Assembly: GCA_052168235.1 (NCBI GenBank)
Contig: JBQLZK010000011.1
Location: 1-64,000, forward strand
Length of the DNA stretch: 64,000 nucleotides
Reading direction: 5' to 3'
Source of the DNA: Thainema sp.
GTDB lineage: Bacteria > Cyanobacteriota > Cyanobacteriia > Phormidesmidales > Phormidesmidaceae
This document shows positions 46,958-57,899 of the stretch, piece by piece (the first letter of the stretch is position 1; every line of letters begins with the position of its first letter). The notes under the pieces were generated by a model. That model was given only the letters and a program-made list of their open reading frames with translations, was not told where the DNA came from and did not search any database. The translations under genes were made by a program, and so were the position numbers.

Positions 46958-48949
46958 TTACGCTGCGGATGATTGGGCGGGTTGCAGAACCGGAGGCTGC
47001 GATCGCTCTCGTTCGGGGAGGGTGGTGGGTTGAGTCACGGGCTGCTGGCTTTGGGGCTTGAATCCTGGCACGAGCTGCTTCAGCAGGGCAACAATTTTGG
47101 CGGAATCATTATCGAGGGCAGCTTCATACAGCGCTTTGATCAGCGTATCGAGGTGACTCGGCACAATGCCAGAGGCGTTCGTCACAATAAACAGTTTGTG
47201 ATGCTGGGTGGAGTCATACTGCTCGCCAGGGATAAACAGCTCTTCGTACAGCTTTTCTCCCGGTCGCAGGCCCGTAAAAGCAATCTGCATCGTCTTGCCC
47301 AGTTCGTAACCCGAAAGCTTGATCAGCTCTTTAGCCAGGTCAACAATCTTGACGGGCTGGCCCATATCGAGCATAAACACTTCGCCACCGCGACCAATTA
47401 CTGCCGCTTGTAGCACCAGCTGCACCGCTTCGGGAATGGTCATAAAGTAGCGACAGATGTCGGGATGAGTCACCGTGACTGGGCCACCTTCAGCGATCTG
47501 GCGTTTAAATGTGGGCACCACGCTGCCCCGACTGCCCAAAACATTGCCAAATCGCACTACTTCATAGGGTCGTCCACTTTGCTGAGCGGCTTGCAGCACA
47601 ACCATTTCAGCGGCTCGCTTGCTGGCTCCCATGATGTTAGTGGGGTTCACCGCTTTGTCCGTCGAAATCATCACAAAGCGACCGACATTGTACTTGAGCG
47701 CCAGCGTCACCAAATTGCGAGTCCCATGCACGTTATTCGTAATCGCTTCAGGCGCATTGAACTCCATCATCGGCACATGCTTATGCGCCGCCGCATGAAA
47801 GACGATCTGGGGCTTGAACTCCTTAAAGGCATACTCCAGCCGGGGCAAAAAGCGAATGTCGGCAATGCAAGCGGAGATTTTGGGCAGATACGGCCACTGC
47901 TGCTCGGCCTGTAGATTTCTCAGGCTTTTCTCCAGCTCCTGCTGAATATTGAAGACGGAGTTTTCACCGTGGCCAACCAGCAGTAACTCAGATGGGCCGC
48001 GCTGTAGCACCTGGCGACAGAGTTCACTACCGATCGAACCTCCCGCGCCAGTCACCATCACCCGCTGTCCCTGAATTAGATGGGAGACTTGTTCCACATC
48101 CATCTGAATAGGTTCGCGGCGCAGCAAATCCTCAATCTGCACGTCCCGCACTCGCCCAATGGACACCCGACCGTTGAGAATCTCGTGAATACCCGGTAGG
48201 GCGCTGGTCGGCACACCGACGTGCTGGCAGATGTCCAATACTTCGCGAATCACATTACCGGGAGCCGTGGGCATGGCAATAATCACCTTCCGCACATGCA
48301 GCGATCGCACGAGTTCAGGAATGCAGTAGCGATCGCCCGCGACTGGTAAGCGGCGAATGCGCAGGTTGAGCTTGGCTGGGTCATCATCCACAAAAGCAAC
48401 GGGTCGCAGCCCCAAGGAGGGATTGCGCTGCATCTCTTGCACGAGAGATACACCCGCACTGCCAGCTCCCACCACTAAAACGCGATCGCGGCGGAATAGA
48501 GCGCGACGATGGTAACGACTGTGCTCAATAGCCCGAATCCGAAATCGAATCGCTCCCACCAGCAAGAAACTGACAATTGCATCCAGCAGCGGCAGGGAAC
48601 GGGGCAACTCTTCAAACAGCGTAATGTCTAAAGCTTGTCCCCAGAAGAAAAACAGGGACTGCAACACAATCGCGGCCACCATTGCTAACGCGATTTGCTG
48701 TAGCTCATCAATGCTGGCATAGCGCCAAAAGCGTTTGTAAAAACCCATGGCATAGAGAATGCCAAACTTGATCACCAGAAAGTGCAGGGTAAGCCAAAGT
48801 AAACCGGTTTGATACAGGCCGAAATTCACATCCCCATCAAGGCGCAATCCAAGTGCAAGTAGGGGAGAAATAAAAAATATTAGAATATCTGCGATCGCAA
48901 AGTGGCGGTTTCGCAATCTGGACATTTTTTTAGGTGCGACATAAAACAT
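46958..48949 (-). CDS. Membrane-bound NDP-sugar 4,6-dehydratase (CapD/PglF/WbpM family)
   Basis: TGAGGSIGSEL, HAAAHKHVP, STDKAVNP, RFGNVLGSRGSV, RPGEKL. Confidence 0.92.
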   Translation of the reverse strand: MFYVAPKKMSRLRNRHFAIADILIFFISPLLALGLRLDGDVNFGLYQTGLLWLTLHFLVIKFGILYAMGFYKRFWRYASIDELQQIALAMVAAIVLQSLFFFWGQALDITLFEELPRSLPLLDAIVSFLLVGAIRFRIRAIEHSRYHRRALFRRDRVLVVGAGSAGVSLVQEMQRNPSLGLRPVAFVDDDPAKLNLRIRRLPVAGDRYCIPELVRSLHVRKVIIAMPTAPGNVIREVLDICQHVGVPTSALPGIHEILNGRVSIGRVRDVQIEDLLRREPIQMDVEQVSHLIQGQRVMVTGAGGSIGSELCRQVLQRGPSELLLVGHGENSVFNIQQELEKSLRNLQAEQQWPYLPKISACIADIRFLPRLEYAFKEFKPQIVFHAAAHKHVPMMEFNAPEAITNNVHGTRNLVTLALKYNVGRFVMISTDKAVNPTNIMGASKRAAEMVVLQAAQQSGRPYEVVRFGNVLGSRGSVVPTFKRQIAEGGPVTVTHPDICRYFMTIPEAVQLVLQAAVIGRGGEVFMLDMGQPVKIVDLAKELIKLSGYELGKTMQIAFTGLRPGEKLYEELFIPGEQYDSTQHHKLFIVTNASGIVPSHLDTLIKALYEAALDNDSAKIVALLKQLVPGFKPQSQQPVTQPTTLPERERSQPPVLQPAQSSAA

Positions 48950-49308
48950 TCGCCTTAACCTCTTTGGTGAGTTAAAAATGACACCTAGAATTATTTTTAA
49001 AAAAGAAATTAACGTTGGCTTTGTTTCTACTTAAATTGTCAAAAACAGAATTAATTCTGAAAATATTTCTATACGAACAGTATTCAAAGCCAGTATTCAA
49101 GTCTGATACTTTAAGCTAGTGCTGAATGATCTAGAGAAGTAAATTCATCAACTCTTTCATCAACTTTCTGAATTAGTCTTTTTAACAAGCAGATTAAAAA
49201 GCGGATCTTACTTAAACAAAAATCATCTATGAGGAGCAATAGTGAAAGACTACTGTATTTATACGGAATCTAAAATGCCAAAATGCCAGCACAATATACC
49301 TGCCATTC

Positions 49309-49342
49309 AAAAAAAATGCATCCAGTTTCGAGACTGGATGCA
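49309..49342 (-). terminator. Rho-independent terminator of the GMC gene
   Basis: Minus strand TGCATCCAGT-CTCGAA-ACTGGATGCA followed by T8. Confidence 0.75.
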
Positions 49343-49381
49343 CCGCGAGCTATCACAACAAACTTGAGATTATAAGAGAAA

Positions 49382-51037
49382 TTATTTCTTGAGCATCATG
49401 AGATGTGCTTTTGTAGTTAATGTTTGGGGAGTCTGTTGATTAGGTAAGAAGTTAGTTTTTAGATGATCTGCAATTCTTAATGCCAGGGCTACAATTGTTA
49501 ACGTAGGGTTGGCATGACCACCTGTTGGAAAGGTCGAACTACTAGCAATAAAGATGTTTGCTAAGCCATGAATTTTGCAGTTTCTATCAACGACGCCCGT
49601 ACGGGGACTATTGCTCATGCGGGTTGTGCCCATATGATGCGATGAATCCGTCAGATCAGACCATAAACTGTCAACATCGGGAATGTCACTGACCAAGCGC
49701 CCAATTCCTAAGGCTTGAAAATGGCGATCTGCAATTTGGTGCAATTGGATCAAACTTTCCTTTTCTTGGTTGGTGATGCGGAGTTTCACCTGTAATACCT
49801 GTTGCCCTAATCGATCTCGTTGGTGGCTTAATGTAACACAGCTTTCTCGATAGGGAGCTTGCTCAAAGTGATTAAGAACAGAAATATAGGGATAGGTAAT
49901 AGGCCAGTTTAAATGTTTACGGATGAAGTAGTTCGTTAAATTATCAAGATGAGGAATAAACGCTTTGAGATCATCAGCTTGGATTGCGTTCCATTTGAAG
50001 CGTTTCAAGCAGCTACCCGTCCACTGAAAGGCTTTGCTCGCTTCAGGTAGTCCCGGTAAATAACCCGGTATTAATTCAATATAGTGATTGAGCAGTTGTT
50101 CCTGCTGCTGTTGCTGTTCGGTCAGCCGAATTCCCAACTGAGCGAATCCATTTCGGGTACGAATACTGTCTAGGAAAATAGGCGATCGCAATGTTTTTGA
50201 ATTGGGATAAATTTTGCCCAAGTGAATCTTAGGATGCTCCATATAGTATCGGCCCACTAAATCGTAGACATTGCCGACCCCGTGGGGAGAATAGCGTTGC
50301 GATAAGAGCAAAAGGCGGGCATTTTCCCAACCACCACAGGCCAAAATATAAACCTGCCCCTTTACCCAAAATTGGTTGCCTCGGAGGGTCCTAACTTGGA
50401 GCTGCTCAATCGCTGTTTGTTCAGGGTTTGGCTCAATTTCAGTCACGTTTGCGTGGGTGCAAATCCGAATATTTCCAGCTTGTAGGAGATCTTGCTGATA
50501 AACTTTTCCCATCTTGAGCGGAGAAGAAGCAAACAGCGAAACCTCCGGAGCTAGCACCGCATCATCAAACAGGAAATGAGCGCGCTGATCAAGAACTTTT
50601 TGTTGCCACTGATCAGCCTGAAACTTCTGATAGGACGGTAGCTTTAACAAACGGGCAGCTCTTTGATAAAACGGCTCCAGGGTCGCTTTGTTAAACGGCC
50701 AACCGCTGTCTTTCACCCACGACCGCGTTTGGAAGTCAATATCGTTAAGGGGAATGCAGCGTCCGGCCCAGGTGTTGGTTGAACCACCAAAGTAGCGATT
50801 ACGAGAAACATAGCCGCGCTCCAGGCGGATGGGGTGACCAACATTTTCTACATCGTAAAGTGATTGAGTCTGATTATCGTGTTCAAAATCGCCACTTTCG
50901 AGTAATAAGACCTGGTATTGAGTATGGATAAACTCTTTTGCGATCGCAATACCAGCGGCACCTCCACCCACAATGCAAATATCGGCTTGTAGTAAGGTGT
51001 GATCCTCAACTTGAAAAGCATCAATAATGGATGTCAT
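49382..51037 (-). CDS. GMC-family FAD oxidoreductase
   Basis: VGGGAAG, FGGSTNTW, ENARLLL, VGRYYMEH, HHMGTTRM, ANPTLT. Confidence 0.9.
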   Translation of the reverse strand: MTSIIDAFQVEDHTLLQADICIVGGGAAGIAIAKEFIHTQYQVLLLESGDFEHDNQTQSLYDVENVGHPIRLERGYVSRNRYFGGSTNTWAGRCIPLNDIDFQTRSWVKDSGWPFNKATLEPFYQRAARLLKLPSYQKFQADQWQQKVLDQRAHFLFDDAVLAPEVSLFASSPLKMGKVYQQDLLQAGNIRICTHANVTEIEPNPEQTAIEQLQVRTLRGNQFWVKGQVYILACGGWENARLLLLSQRYSPHGVGNVYDLVGRYYMEHPKIHLGKIYPNSKTLRSPIFLDSIRTRNGFAQLGIRLTEQQQQQEQLLNHYIELIPGYLPGLPEASKAFQWTGSCLKRFKWNAIQADDLKAFIPHLDNLTNYFIRKHLNWPITYPYISVLNHFEQAPYRESCVTLSHQRDRLGQQVLQVKLRITNQEKESLIQLHQIADRHFQALGIGRLVSDIPDVDSLWSDLTDSSHHMGTTRMSNSPRTGVVDRNCKIHGLANIFIASSSTFPTGGHANPTLTIVALALRIADHLKTNFLPNQQTPQTLTTKAHLMMLKK

Positions 51038-51041
51038 TTTC

Positions 51042-52304
51042 CTAATGGGTAAGTGATAAATGTTTGGCTAAGCTGGCTGGCTGAGTCATACAATCCTCAC
51101 CATCAGCACTCAAGGCGGAAACCAGAACGGTTTTCAGACGGTGCAAGACCTGTCGATCCAGCGCTAAAAGGTAGTTGGGTGACAGCAAAATCAACTGCGT
51201 CTCCAACGCTTCGGTTACAGGCAGATGCACTTGGGATTGCACCGATTGAGAGGGATGCTGCTGAGTTAACAGCGCTTGGCGAAAAGCCAAGTCGGTATAG
51301 ACGGGTAGCCGATGGTGCAAGGCAAACGGATAGGCTTGCGCTTGAACTCCCGCCTGCGCGCAAGCCGCTAAAACAGATTGAGCCGAGACACCTGGCTGAA
51401 CAATCCGAATTGGATAGCCCTGATAAAACCCACCCCGCTGGGCAGGCGAGGGTAGCTGCACCCGCTCAATGCCTTCAATGTCGTTCAGCTCTTGATCAAG
51501 CATTTCAATATGCTGCTGCTTAACGCGGTTAAAGATATTGAGGTAATCCAAATCGACATCTGCAAGTAAGGCTCCCAGCGGTGCCATCCGGCGTTTATAA
51601 CCGATACCCGTAGCCGAAAACGCTTCTAGACCAACGGCAGCAAAATGTTGACTGTGCCGATCAAAATGGCCCCAAGCTGACATCCGGATGTAGTGCTCCC
51701 AGTTATCCGTGACCACGATACTGCCTTCACCGGCGGCAACGGGCTTACTACCCTGAAGGCTGAAAACACCAAAATCGCCCCAAGCTCCACAGGCGCGATT
51801 GCCCCACCGCGCCCCATGTGCATGAGAGACATCTTCAATCAGCGCAATGTTACGCCCTGCTAAAATCTGCTGCAGTTTTTGCATATCGGCAGGAATGCCC
51901 CACAGATGAACCACAATCACCGCCTTGGTTTTCGGGGTTAGCTTGTGAGCAACATCTACCGGATCAATCGTTAGCGTCGTCTCTGTGATATCGGCAAAAA
52001 CGGGAATAGCTCCAGCATTCAAAATGGGATCAATCGAAGCATGAAACGTACAAGATGGCACAATCACCTCGTCTCCCGGCTGGATATTGGCAGCAAATAG
52101 AGCAGCCTCAATTGCAGATGTGCCATTGCAAAATGTCAGCCCATATTGCCGACCAACCGCAGCCGCATAACGCTGTTCAAATGCTTCAATAAAATCCGGA
52201 TAGCGAGAGATTTCGTGCTTAGCAATTGCTTGAGCGACACGCAATATTTTCCGAGTCAAAATCCGAGTTCTGAGCCATGCAAGCTGTACTTTTCTCATGA
52301 GCAT
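51042..52304 (-). CDS. DegT/DnrJ/EryC1/StrS aminotransferase
   Basis: NGTSAI, VVHLWG, IEDVSHAHG, FSLQGSK(PLP)P..GEG. Confidence 0.9.
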   Translation of the reverse strand: MLMRKVQLAWLRTRILTRKILRVAQAIAKHEISRYPDFIEAFEQRYAAAVGRQYGLTFCNGTSAIEAALFAANIQPGDEVIVPSCTFHASIDPILNAGAIPVFADITETTLTIDPVDVAHKLTPKTKAVIVVHLWGIPADMQKLQQILAGRNIALIEDVSHAHGARWGNRACGAWGDFGVFSLQGSKPVAAGEGSIVVTDNWEHYIRMSAWGHFDRHSQHFAAVGLEAFSATGIGYKRRMAPLGALLADVDLDYLNIFNRVKQQHIEMLDQELNDIEGIERVQLPSPAQRGGFYQGYPIRIVQPGVSAQSVLAACAQAGVQAQAYPFALHHRLPVYTDLAFRQALLTQQHPSQSVQSQVHLPVTEALETQLILLSPNYLLALDRQVLHRLKTVLVSALSADGEDCMTQPASLAKHLSLTH

Positions 52305-52739
52305 TAATAACTAATAACGAGCAACCAATAAGTATTGGGTTCCTGTCAACTGCTAGGAATGAATGGCCATTGCCCCTAGCGCTAGCACAATACATGAAAG
52401 TTGTATAGATTGTGCGTTACGGCTTCGCCTAACCCACCCTACAGCATTGTTTAATTTTGGCCATTTACTTAAAACCAGTCTGTTTTTGAAGAAGGATTTA
52501 GGAAATATGGCAGAAAATCGCTGATTTTTTTATCAACTTAGGTATGAATTGAAATGACAGAGCACTGAGAGAATCAGTTATTTATATTTGGTCAGACTTT
52601 AACGCGCCTGAGCTATCTAGACTTGCCAAAATGCCAAAGCAATCCATAGAACTCTAGCCCTGTATGGGGAGTGGCAAAGTGGCACCCTTTTGCGATCGCA
52701 CATTTGTTAAATTGGTCGTCAATCTTTGGTTGAACGGTC

Positions 52740-54917
52740 ATGGATATTCAACAGTATTGGTTCATTCTGAAGCGCAGATGGTTACCTGCAAGCCTTGTTT
52801 TTGTTTCGGTTTCGGCGCTAACAGTCGTTGCTTTGTCCCGGCAAACCAATATTTATCAAGCAGAAGGTAAAATCCGCTTTACCTCTGCCGATCGAACCTC
52901 TGCCTTGACGGGTGTAGGCACAACCGAGGGCGAGTTCAACCCCTTAGTTGAATCGAACAATCCAATGACAACGGAGATGGAAGTCATTCGCTCCGAGGAA
53001 ATGGTTCAAACTGCCCTCGAACGAATTTCGGCCAATAGTCCCCATAGCGAAACTCCCTCGCGTCAGGAACTCTTAGAGCATTTGCAGCTCACCAATGTCA
53101 GAGGTACGGATATTTTGCTGCTCACCTATCAAAGCCCTGATCCAGAATTGGCGGCGACGGTAGTCGATACCATTATGGATATTTACCTTGAAAATCACGT
53201 TCATGAAAATCGCATTGAAGCGATGGCAGCCCGACAGTTTATTGAACAGGAATTACCGGGAGCAGAGGCTCGGGTACAAGAAGCAGAAGCAGATTTGAGG
53301 CAGTTCCAAGAAGTCAACCAAGTGGCCTCTTTAGATGAGGAAAAGGTCGCTGTCGTGACGGCAGCAGAAGCGCTGCGACAGCGGGTCGCAGAGGCTCACT
53401 CTGCCCTGGCAGATGCCCAAGAGCAGTCAACCGCCTTTAGTCAGCAGTTAGGCATGTCGCCCCAAGAGGCCATTGCTATTACTACGCTCAGCCAGTCCGC
53501 CGGGGTGCAGGAAATTCTCACTCAGTATCAAGCCGTCGAGTCGCAGCTCGCCATTGAGCGGGTGCGGTTCCAGGATGAAAGCCCCGTGGTGCAAGACCTG
53601 CTCAATCGCCAAGCCAATCTGCAAGCATTGCTGCAAGAGCGCGTTGCCAATACGCTAAACGGTCAGTCAATCGACCCAAATGCCAATTTGCAAATTGGTG
53701 AGCTGCAAGCGGCCTTAGCGGCTGATTTGGCTCATGCCGAGGCGACACGACGTGGACTAGCGGAACAGTTGAATGCGTTAGAGTCTGCACAAACCTTCTA
53801 TGATCAGCGTTTAGCGACCCTACCTCGACTCGAACAAGAGCAGCGAGAACTCCTGCGGCGTCTGGAAGCAGCTCAAGGAACCTATTCATTACTGTTGCAA
53901 CGGCTGCATGAAACGCGAATTGCAGAGAACCAAAACTTTGGCAATGCCCGGATCTTACAAACCGCATTTGTTGGGGAGAAACCAATTTTGCCGCGTAAGC
54001 TGTCGTTCTTAGCATCGGGCGGCATTATGGCGGTGCTGCTGGCGGCGGCGACGGCGGTGCTGCTGGAAATGCAGGATAAGTCGGTGAAGACGGCGAAGCA
54101 AGCCCGCAATCTGTTTGAACTAACGCTCCTGGGCGTGATTCCGTTGCACAAAATCACTAGCCGCTCACTCTACGGCTTCCGGGCCACAGAGCGCTATTCA
54201 GAGGTGATTGTCCGGGATGAACCCGAATCTGCGATCGCAGAAGCCTATCGGATGCTACAGGCTAACTTGAAGTTTCTCAACTCGGATCGAGAGATTAAAA
54301 CGGTGGTCGTCACCAGTTCAACGATGGGTGAAGGCAAATCCGTTATCTCTGCAAACCTAGCCATGGCCAAAGCGCAGCTTGGTCATCGGGTTCTGCTGAT
54401 TGATGCTGATATGCGGTGTCCGCGCCAGCATCAAATTTGGGGCGTGATTAATGACCGGGGCTTGAGTAACGTCATGGTCGAGCACTGCCCGCTGGCCTCT
54501 GTCGTCAAGACACCGCTGGCCTATCTGGACGTGCTAACGGCAGGCGTGATGCCGCCCAATCCGACCGCACTGCTTGACTCCCAGCGCATGGCTATATTCT
54601 TACAGCAGGTCGCCGAAGACTATGACTTTGTGATTATTGACACGCCAGCGCTGAACATTACGGCGGATGTGCAAATTTTGGGTCGTTTATCCAGTGGTAT
54701 TTTGCTGGTAACCCGTCCCGGCGTGGTTGATATGGGCAGTGCGCTAGCCGCGAAGGAGCGCCTAGCGCAGTTTGGGCCGTTGGTTCTGGGCCAGGTGATT
54801 AATGGCGTGGTGCCCGAAAATGAACCCGACAGCTACTACTATTTTGCAGGCAACTATGCCGATCGTCATGCGGAAGACTCGTCTACTGTTGCCGTCCCGT
54901 CTCGGATACATGGCTGA
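52740..54917 (+). CDS. wzc: Polysaccharide co-polymerase / tyrosine autokinase
   Basis: TM-coiled coil-TM, TSSTMGEGKS, LLIDADMR, IIDTP, YYY tail. Confidence 0.88.
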   Translation: MDIQQYWFILKRRWLPASLVFVSVSALTVVALSRQTNIYQAEGKIRFTSADRTSALTGVGTTEGEFNPLVESNNPMTTEMEVIRSEEMVQTALERISANSPHSETPSRQELLEHLQLTNVRGTDILLLTYQSPDPELAATVVDTIMDIYLENHVHENRIEAMAARQFIEQELPGAEARVQEAEADLRQFQEVNQVASLDEEKVAVVTAAEALRQRVAEAHSALADAQEQSTAFSQQLGMSPQEAIAITTLSQSAGVQEILTQYQAVESQLAIERVRFQDESPVVQDLLNRQANLQALLQERVANTLNGQSIDPNANLQIGELQAALAADLAHAEATRRGLAEQLNALESAQTFYDQRLATLPRLEQEQRELLRRLEAAQGTYSLLLQRLHETRIAENQNFGNARILQTAFVGEKPILPRKLSFLASGGIMAVLLAAATAVLLEMQDKSVKTAKQARNLFELTLLGVIPLHKITSRSLYGFRATERYSEVIVRDEPESAIAEAYRMLQANLKFLNSDREIKTVVVTSSTMGEGKSVISANLAMAKAQLGHRVLLIDADMRCPRQHQIWGVINDRGLSNVMVEHCPLASVVKTPLAYLDVLTAGVMPPNPTALLDSQRMAIFLQQVAEDYDFVIIDTPALNITADVQILGRLSSGILLVTRPGVVDMGSALAAKERLAQFGPLVLGQVINGVVPENEPDSYYYFAGNYADRHAEDSSTVAVPSRIHG

Positions 54918-54941
54918 TATCAAGTTCATGTATAGGAACCC

Positions 54942-54993
54942 AATTTATGTTGTGTAGGGACACGGCATGCTGTGTCCCTACACAACATAAATT
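54942..54993. repeat. Extended GTAG REP palindrome (22-bp stem)
   Basis: AATTTATGTTGTGTAGGGACAC-ggcatgct-GTGTCCCTACACAACATAAATT. Confidence 0.8.
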
Positions 54994-55076
54994 ATCGGGT
55001 TTTAACCGGACTTTAGATAATTCTAATTCCTTGCTCCGCCAATACGCTCCAATGCTGGACGGGAGATAGTTTAGGT

Positions 55077-56432
55077 ATGTTGCACAAGTTGGTGCGATCA
55101 AAGGGTCAAGTTAATGCTGAGTTCGTTCAAATCCTGAACAACACGGGCTGGCTGTTTGCGGGCAAAGTACTACGCATGTTGATCAGCTTGATTGTGGGTA
55201 CCTGGATTGCTCGCTACCTGCGTCCAGAAGGGTTTGGACAGCTACAATACGCACTGGTCTTTGTCAGTTTTTTCGACCCGCTATCCACCATCAAAATGGG
55301 GCCGATCATTACCCGCGACTTGGTGCAAAGACCCCAGGAGAGTCCGCTTATTCTAGGCACAGCTTTTGCGCTACAGTTGGTGGGCGGCATTTTGGCCATG
55401 GGTCTGTGTATCGTAGGCGTGCTGCTGCTGTCACCTGGACATCCTCTTATTCAGTTATTGGTTGTCATTGCAGCGCTGAAGTTTTTCTTTAATTCGTTCC
55501 AACCAATCGAGAACTGGTTTGAATCGCAGGTGGCTTCGAAGTATGTGGTTCTGGCCGAGCACAGCGGCTTTTTGCTGATCGTACTGCTCAAAAGTGGCCT
55601 ATTGCTCTGGCAAGCAACCGTAGTTGCATTTGCGATCGCAACTGTTTTGGAATCGTTTCTTTACGCTCTCGGGCTGGTATTTTTCTATCTCAAACAGCAT
55701 CAGTCGCTCTGGACGTGGCGCACCAATTGGCCCAGCCTACAGTACTTGCTGCGAGAATCTTGGCCGTTAGTACTGTCATCAACGGCAGCAGTGATTTACT
55801 TAAACATTGATCAGCTTATGTTAGGAAACTTGCTGGATAAACATGCCGTTGGCATCTATGCCAGTGCCGCAACTTTATCCGAAGCAACTGCTTTTTTGCC
55901 CGTTATCATCGGGTCTTCCCTGTATCCCAGAATTGTCAAATCTCGCCAGCTTAAGCCCGCCATCTATCAGCAGCGGCTACAGCAATATTATGACTTAAAT
56001 AGCGGGGTTTCCTATGGACTGATTCTATTCCTTATTCCGATCTCAGGATTATTAATTTCTAAGCTCTACGGCGCTGACTATACAGCCGCTATTCCGATCT
56101 TTAAAATTCATATTTTGAGTTCATTATTCACCTATTTAGGAATTGCTCAAAGTAAATGGATTATTACCGAAGGACTGCAAAAATATAACTTCTATGCTCG
56201 CCTAACAGGTTTGGTTGCCAATATTACGCTCAATTTGATCTTTATTCCCCTCTATGGCGGCGTTGGAGCTGCGATCGCAACTTTGATTTCCTACGCCATT
56301 GGGGGATATCTCTTCTTCTGGTTACTGCCTGCTACCCGCAGCAATGCTTACTTAATGACCAAAGCCATGCTGCTGCCGTTCCGTTTACTGCTCTCTCGCA
56401 TTTGGCTGGTCAAGCGCCCGAACAGAGACTGA
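55077..56432 (+). CDS. wzx: Polysaccharide flippase
   Basis: NTGWLF, IARYL.PEGFG, ESWPL, IDQLMLG, GIYASA, LNLIFIP..G..GAAIAT. Confidence 0.87.
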   Translation: MLHKLVRSKGQVNAEFVQILNNTGWLFAGKVLRMLISLIVGTWIARYLRPEGFGQLQYALVFVSFFDPLSTIKMGPIITRDLVQRPQESPLILGTAFALQLVGGILAMGLCIVGVLLLSPGHPLIQLLVVIAALKFFFNSFQPIENWFESQVASKYVVLAEHSGFLLIVLLKSGLLLWQATVVAFAIATVLESFLYALGLVFFYLKQHQSLWTWRTNWPSLQYLLRESWPLVLSSTAAVIYLNIDQLMLGNLLDKHAVGIYASAATLSEATAFLPVIIGSSLYPRIVKSRQLKPAIYQQRLQQYYDLNSGVSYGLILFLIPISGLLISKLYGADYTAAIPIFKIHILSSLFTYLGIAQSKWIITEGLQKYNFYARLTGLVANITLNLIFIPLYGGVGAAIATLISYAIGGYLFFWLLPATRSNAYLMTKAMLLPFRLLLSRIWLVKRPNRD

Positions 56433-56541
56433 TATGACTAGGGTGATTTCATTGTCGCCAACGAAAACCCTGAAATCGCGATTTTATGTGTCCGGTAAGG
56501 GCGAATGGCCATTCGCCCCTACGTAACTATCCGCAACGACT

Positions 56542-57831
56542 ATGTCAAAACTACTGCTCATTTCTGGTGTGTATCCTCCGGCTGTTGGGGGGCCATCTTT
56601 GCAAACCAAGCAGATTGCCCAGGGGCTGATGGCCCAAGGCATGACCGTGCAGGTCGCCACCTACGGCCATCCTCAACACAGCGGTATCTGGGATGGTGTC
56701 CCCATCACCTTTTTAGATAGCAGCCCGCAGCCCCATTGGAGCGGGAAATTGAGGCGCAATCTAGGCATAATCCGGCAGCTTAATCGGCTGATTCACCAGC
56801 AGCAACCGGATGTGATTCACATGCAGACAGCGGCTGGCAATTTAGCGCTGATGACGGGACTCCTGGCTCGCTGGCACCGCATTCCCTCACTGCTCAAGTA
56901 CACAGCGGATTTAGCGGCTCAGAAGGCGGCCTTGGAGGATTTTTTGCCGACCGGAGGCAAGAGACAGCGTTTTCAAGCCTGGATGAATCAGCTACGCAAT
57001 GAGGGATTTCAGCGGCTGCTCTTTAAGCTGTATACGGCAATCTGGGCAACGACTCCCGCCTTTCACGATCGGTTAGTCAACTACTATCAGGTTCCCTTGG
57101 CAACAGCTCTGCTCTGGCCTAATTTTATTGATTTACGAGCCTATACAGCCATTGCTCAGCGTCGCAGTCAGCAGTCCAGTATTCCTCAGAGCAGTCAGGA
57201 CAGGGTGGAACTGCTAACGGTTGCCCGACTGTTTCCTGTCAAGGGTTTAGATGTATACCTGCGCGCCTTGGCTCAGCTTTCGGATCTGCCCATTCATGCT
57301 CGCATTGTCGGCAGTGGTTCAGCCACCTACCAGCGGCATTTAGAAGCGTTAGCCGCAGAGTTGGGCCTTGGCAACCGCCTTGAATTCACAGGTGCGATCG
57401 CACCGGAGCAAGTGGCCGCTGCCTACGCAACCGCTGACCTGTTTATCTTGCCCAGCCGTCACGAACCCTTTGGTATTGTCCTGATTGAAGCAATGGCGGC
57501 AGGTATCCCCATTGTCGCGACCAATGTTGATGGTATTCCCAATGTGGTGCAAGCGGATGGACAATCAAGCGGACAAGCTAGCTGTTCCGCGCTGCTCGTG
57601 CCGCCTGAGGATGCCGACCAACTTGCGATCGCAATTCGGTCACTGATATCGTCTCCCGAACAACGCCAGGCCTTTGCGATCGCAGGCCAAATTCGCGCTC
57701 AGCAGTTCGCTCTCGACCAGGGACTGCAAGCGTTACAGAGCATGTATCAACGTCTGATAGCAAGTCTGCATACAAAAAACCAATTTATTTTTTATGAACC
57801 GTTTGCGGAGCAAACGGTTCATAAAAAATAA
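56542..57831 (+). CDS. GT4 glycosyltransferase
   Basis: YPPAVGG, VARL..VKG, EPFGIVLIEAMA. Confidence 0.9.
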   Translation: MSKLLLISGVYPPAVGGPSLQTKQIAQGLMAQGMTVQVATYGHPQHSGIWDGVPITFLDSSPQPHWSGKLRRNLGIIRQLNRLIHQQQPDVIHMQTAAGNLALMTGLLARWHRIPSLLKYTADLAAQKAALEDFLPTGGKRQRFQAWMNQLRNEGFQRLLFKLYTAIWATTPAFHDRLVNYYQVPLATALLWPNFIDLRAYTAIAQRRSQQSSIPQSSQDRVELLTVARLFPVKGLDVYLRALAQLSDLPIHARIVGSGSATYQRHLEALAAELGLGNRLEFTGAIAPEQVAAAYATADLFILPSRHEPFGIVLIEAMAAGIPIVATNVDGIPNVVQADGQSSGQASCSALLVPPEDADQLAIAIRSLISSPEQRQAFAIAGQIRAQQFALDQGLQALQSMYQRLIASLHTKNQFIFYEPFAEQTVHKK

Positions 57832-57899
57832 ATTGTGGCTTTCAACTGAACTTCATATGAGTCCTCAGTTTTTGTCGTCCTACTATCATCCATCAAGCC

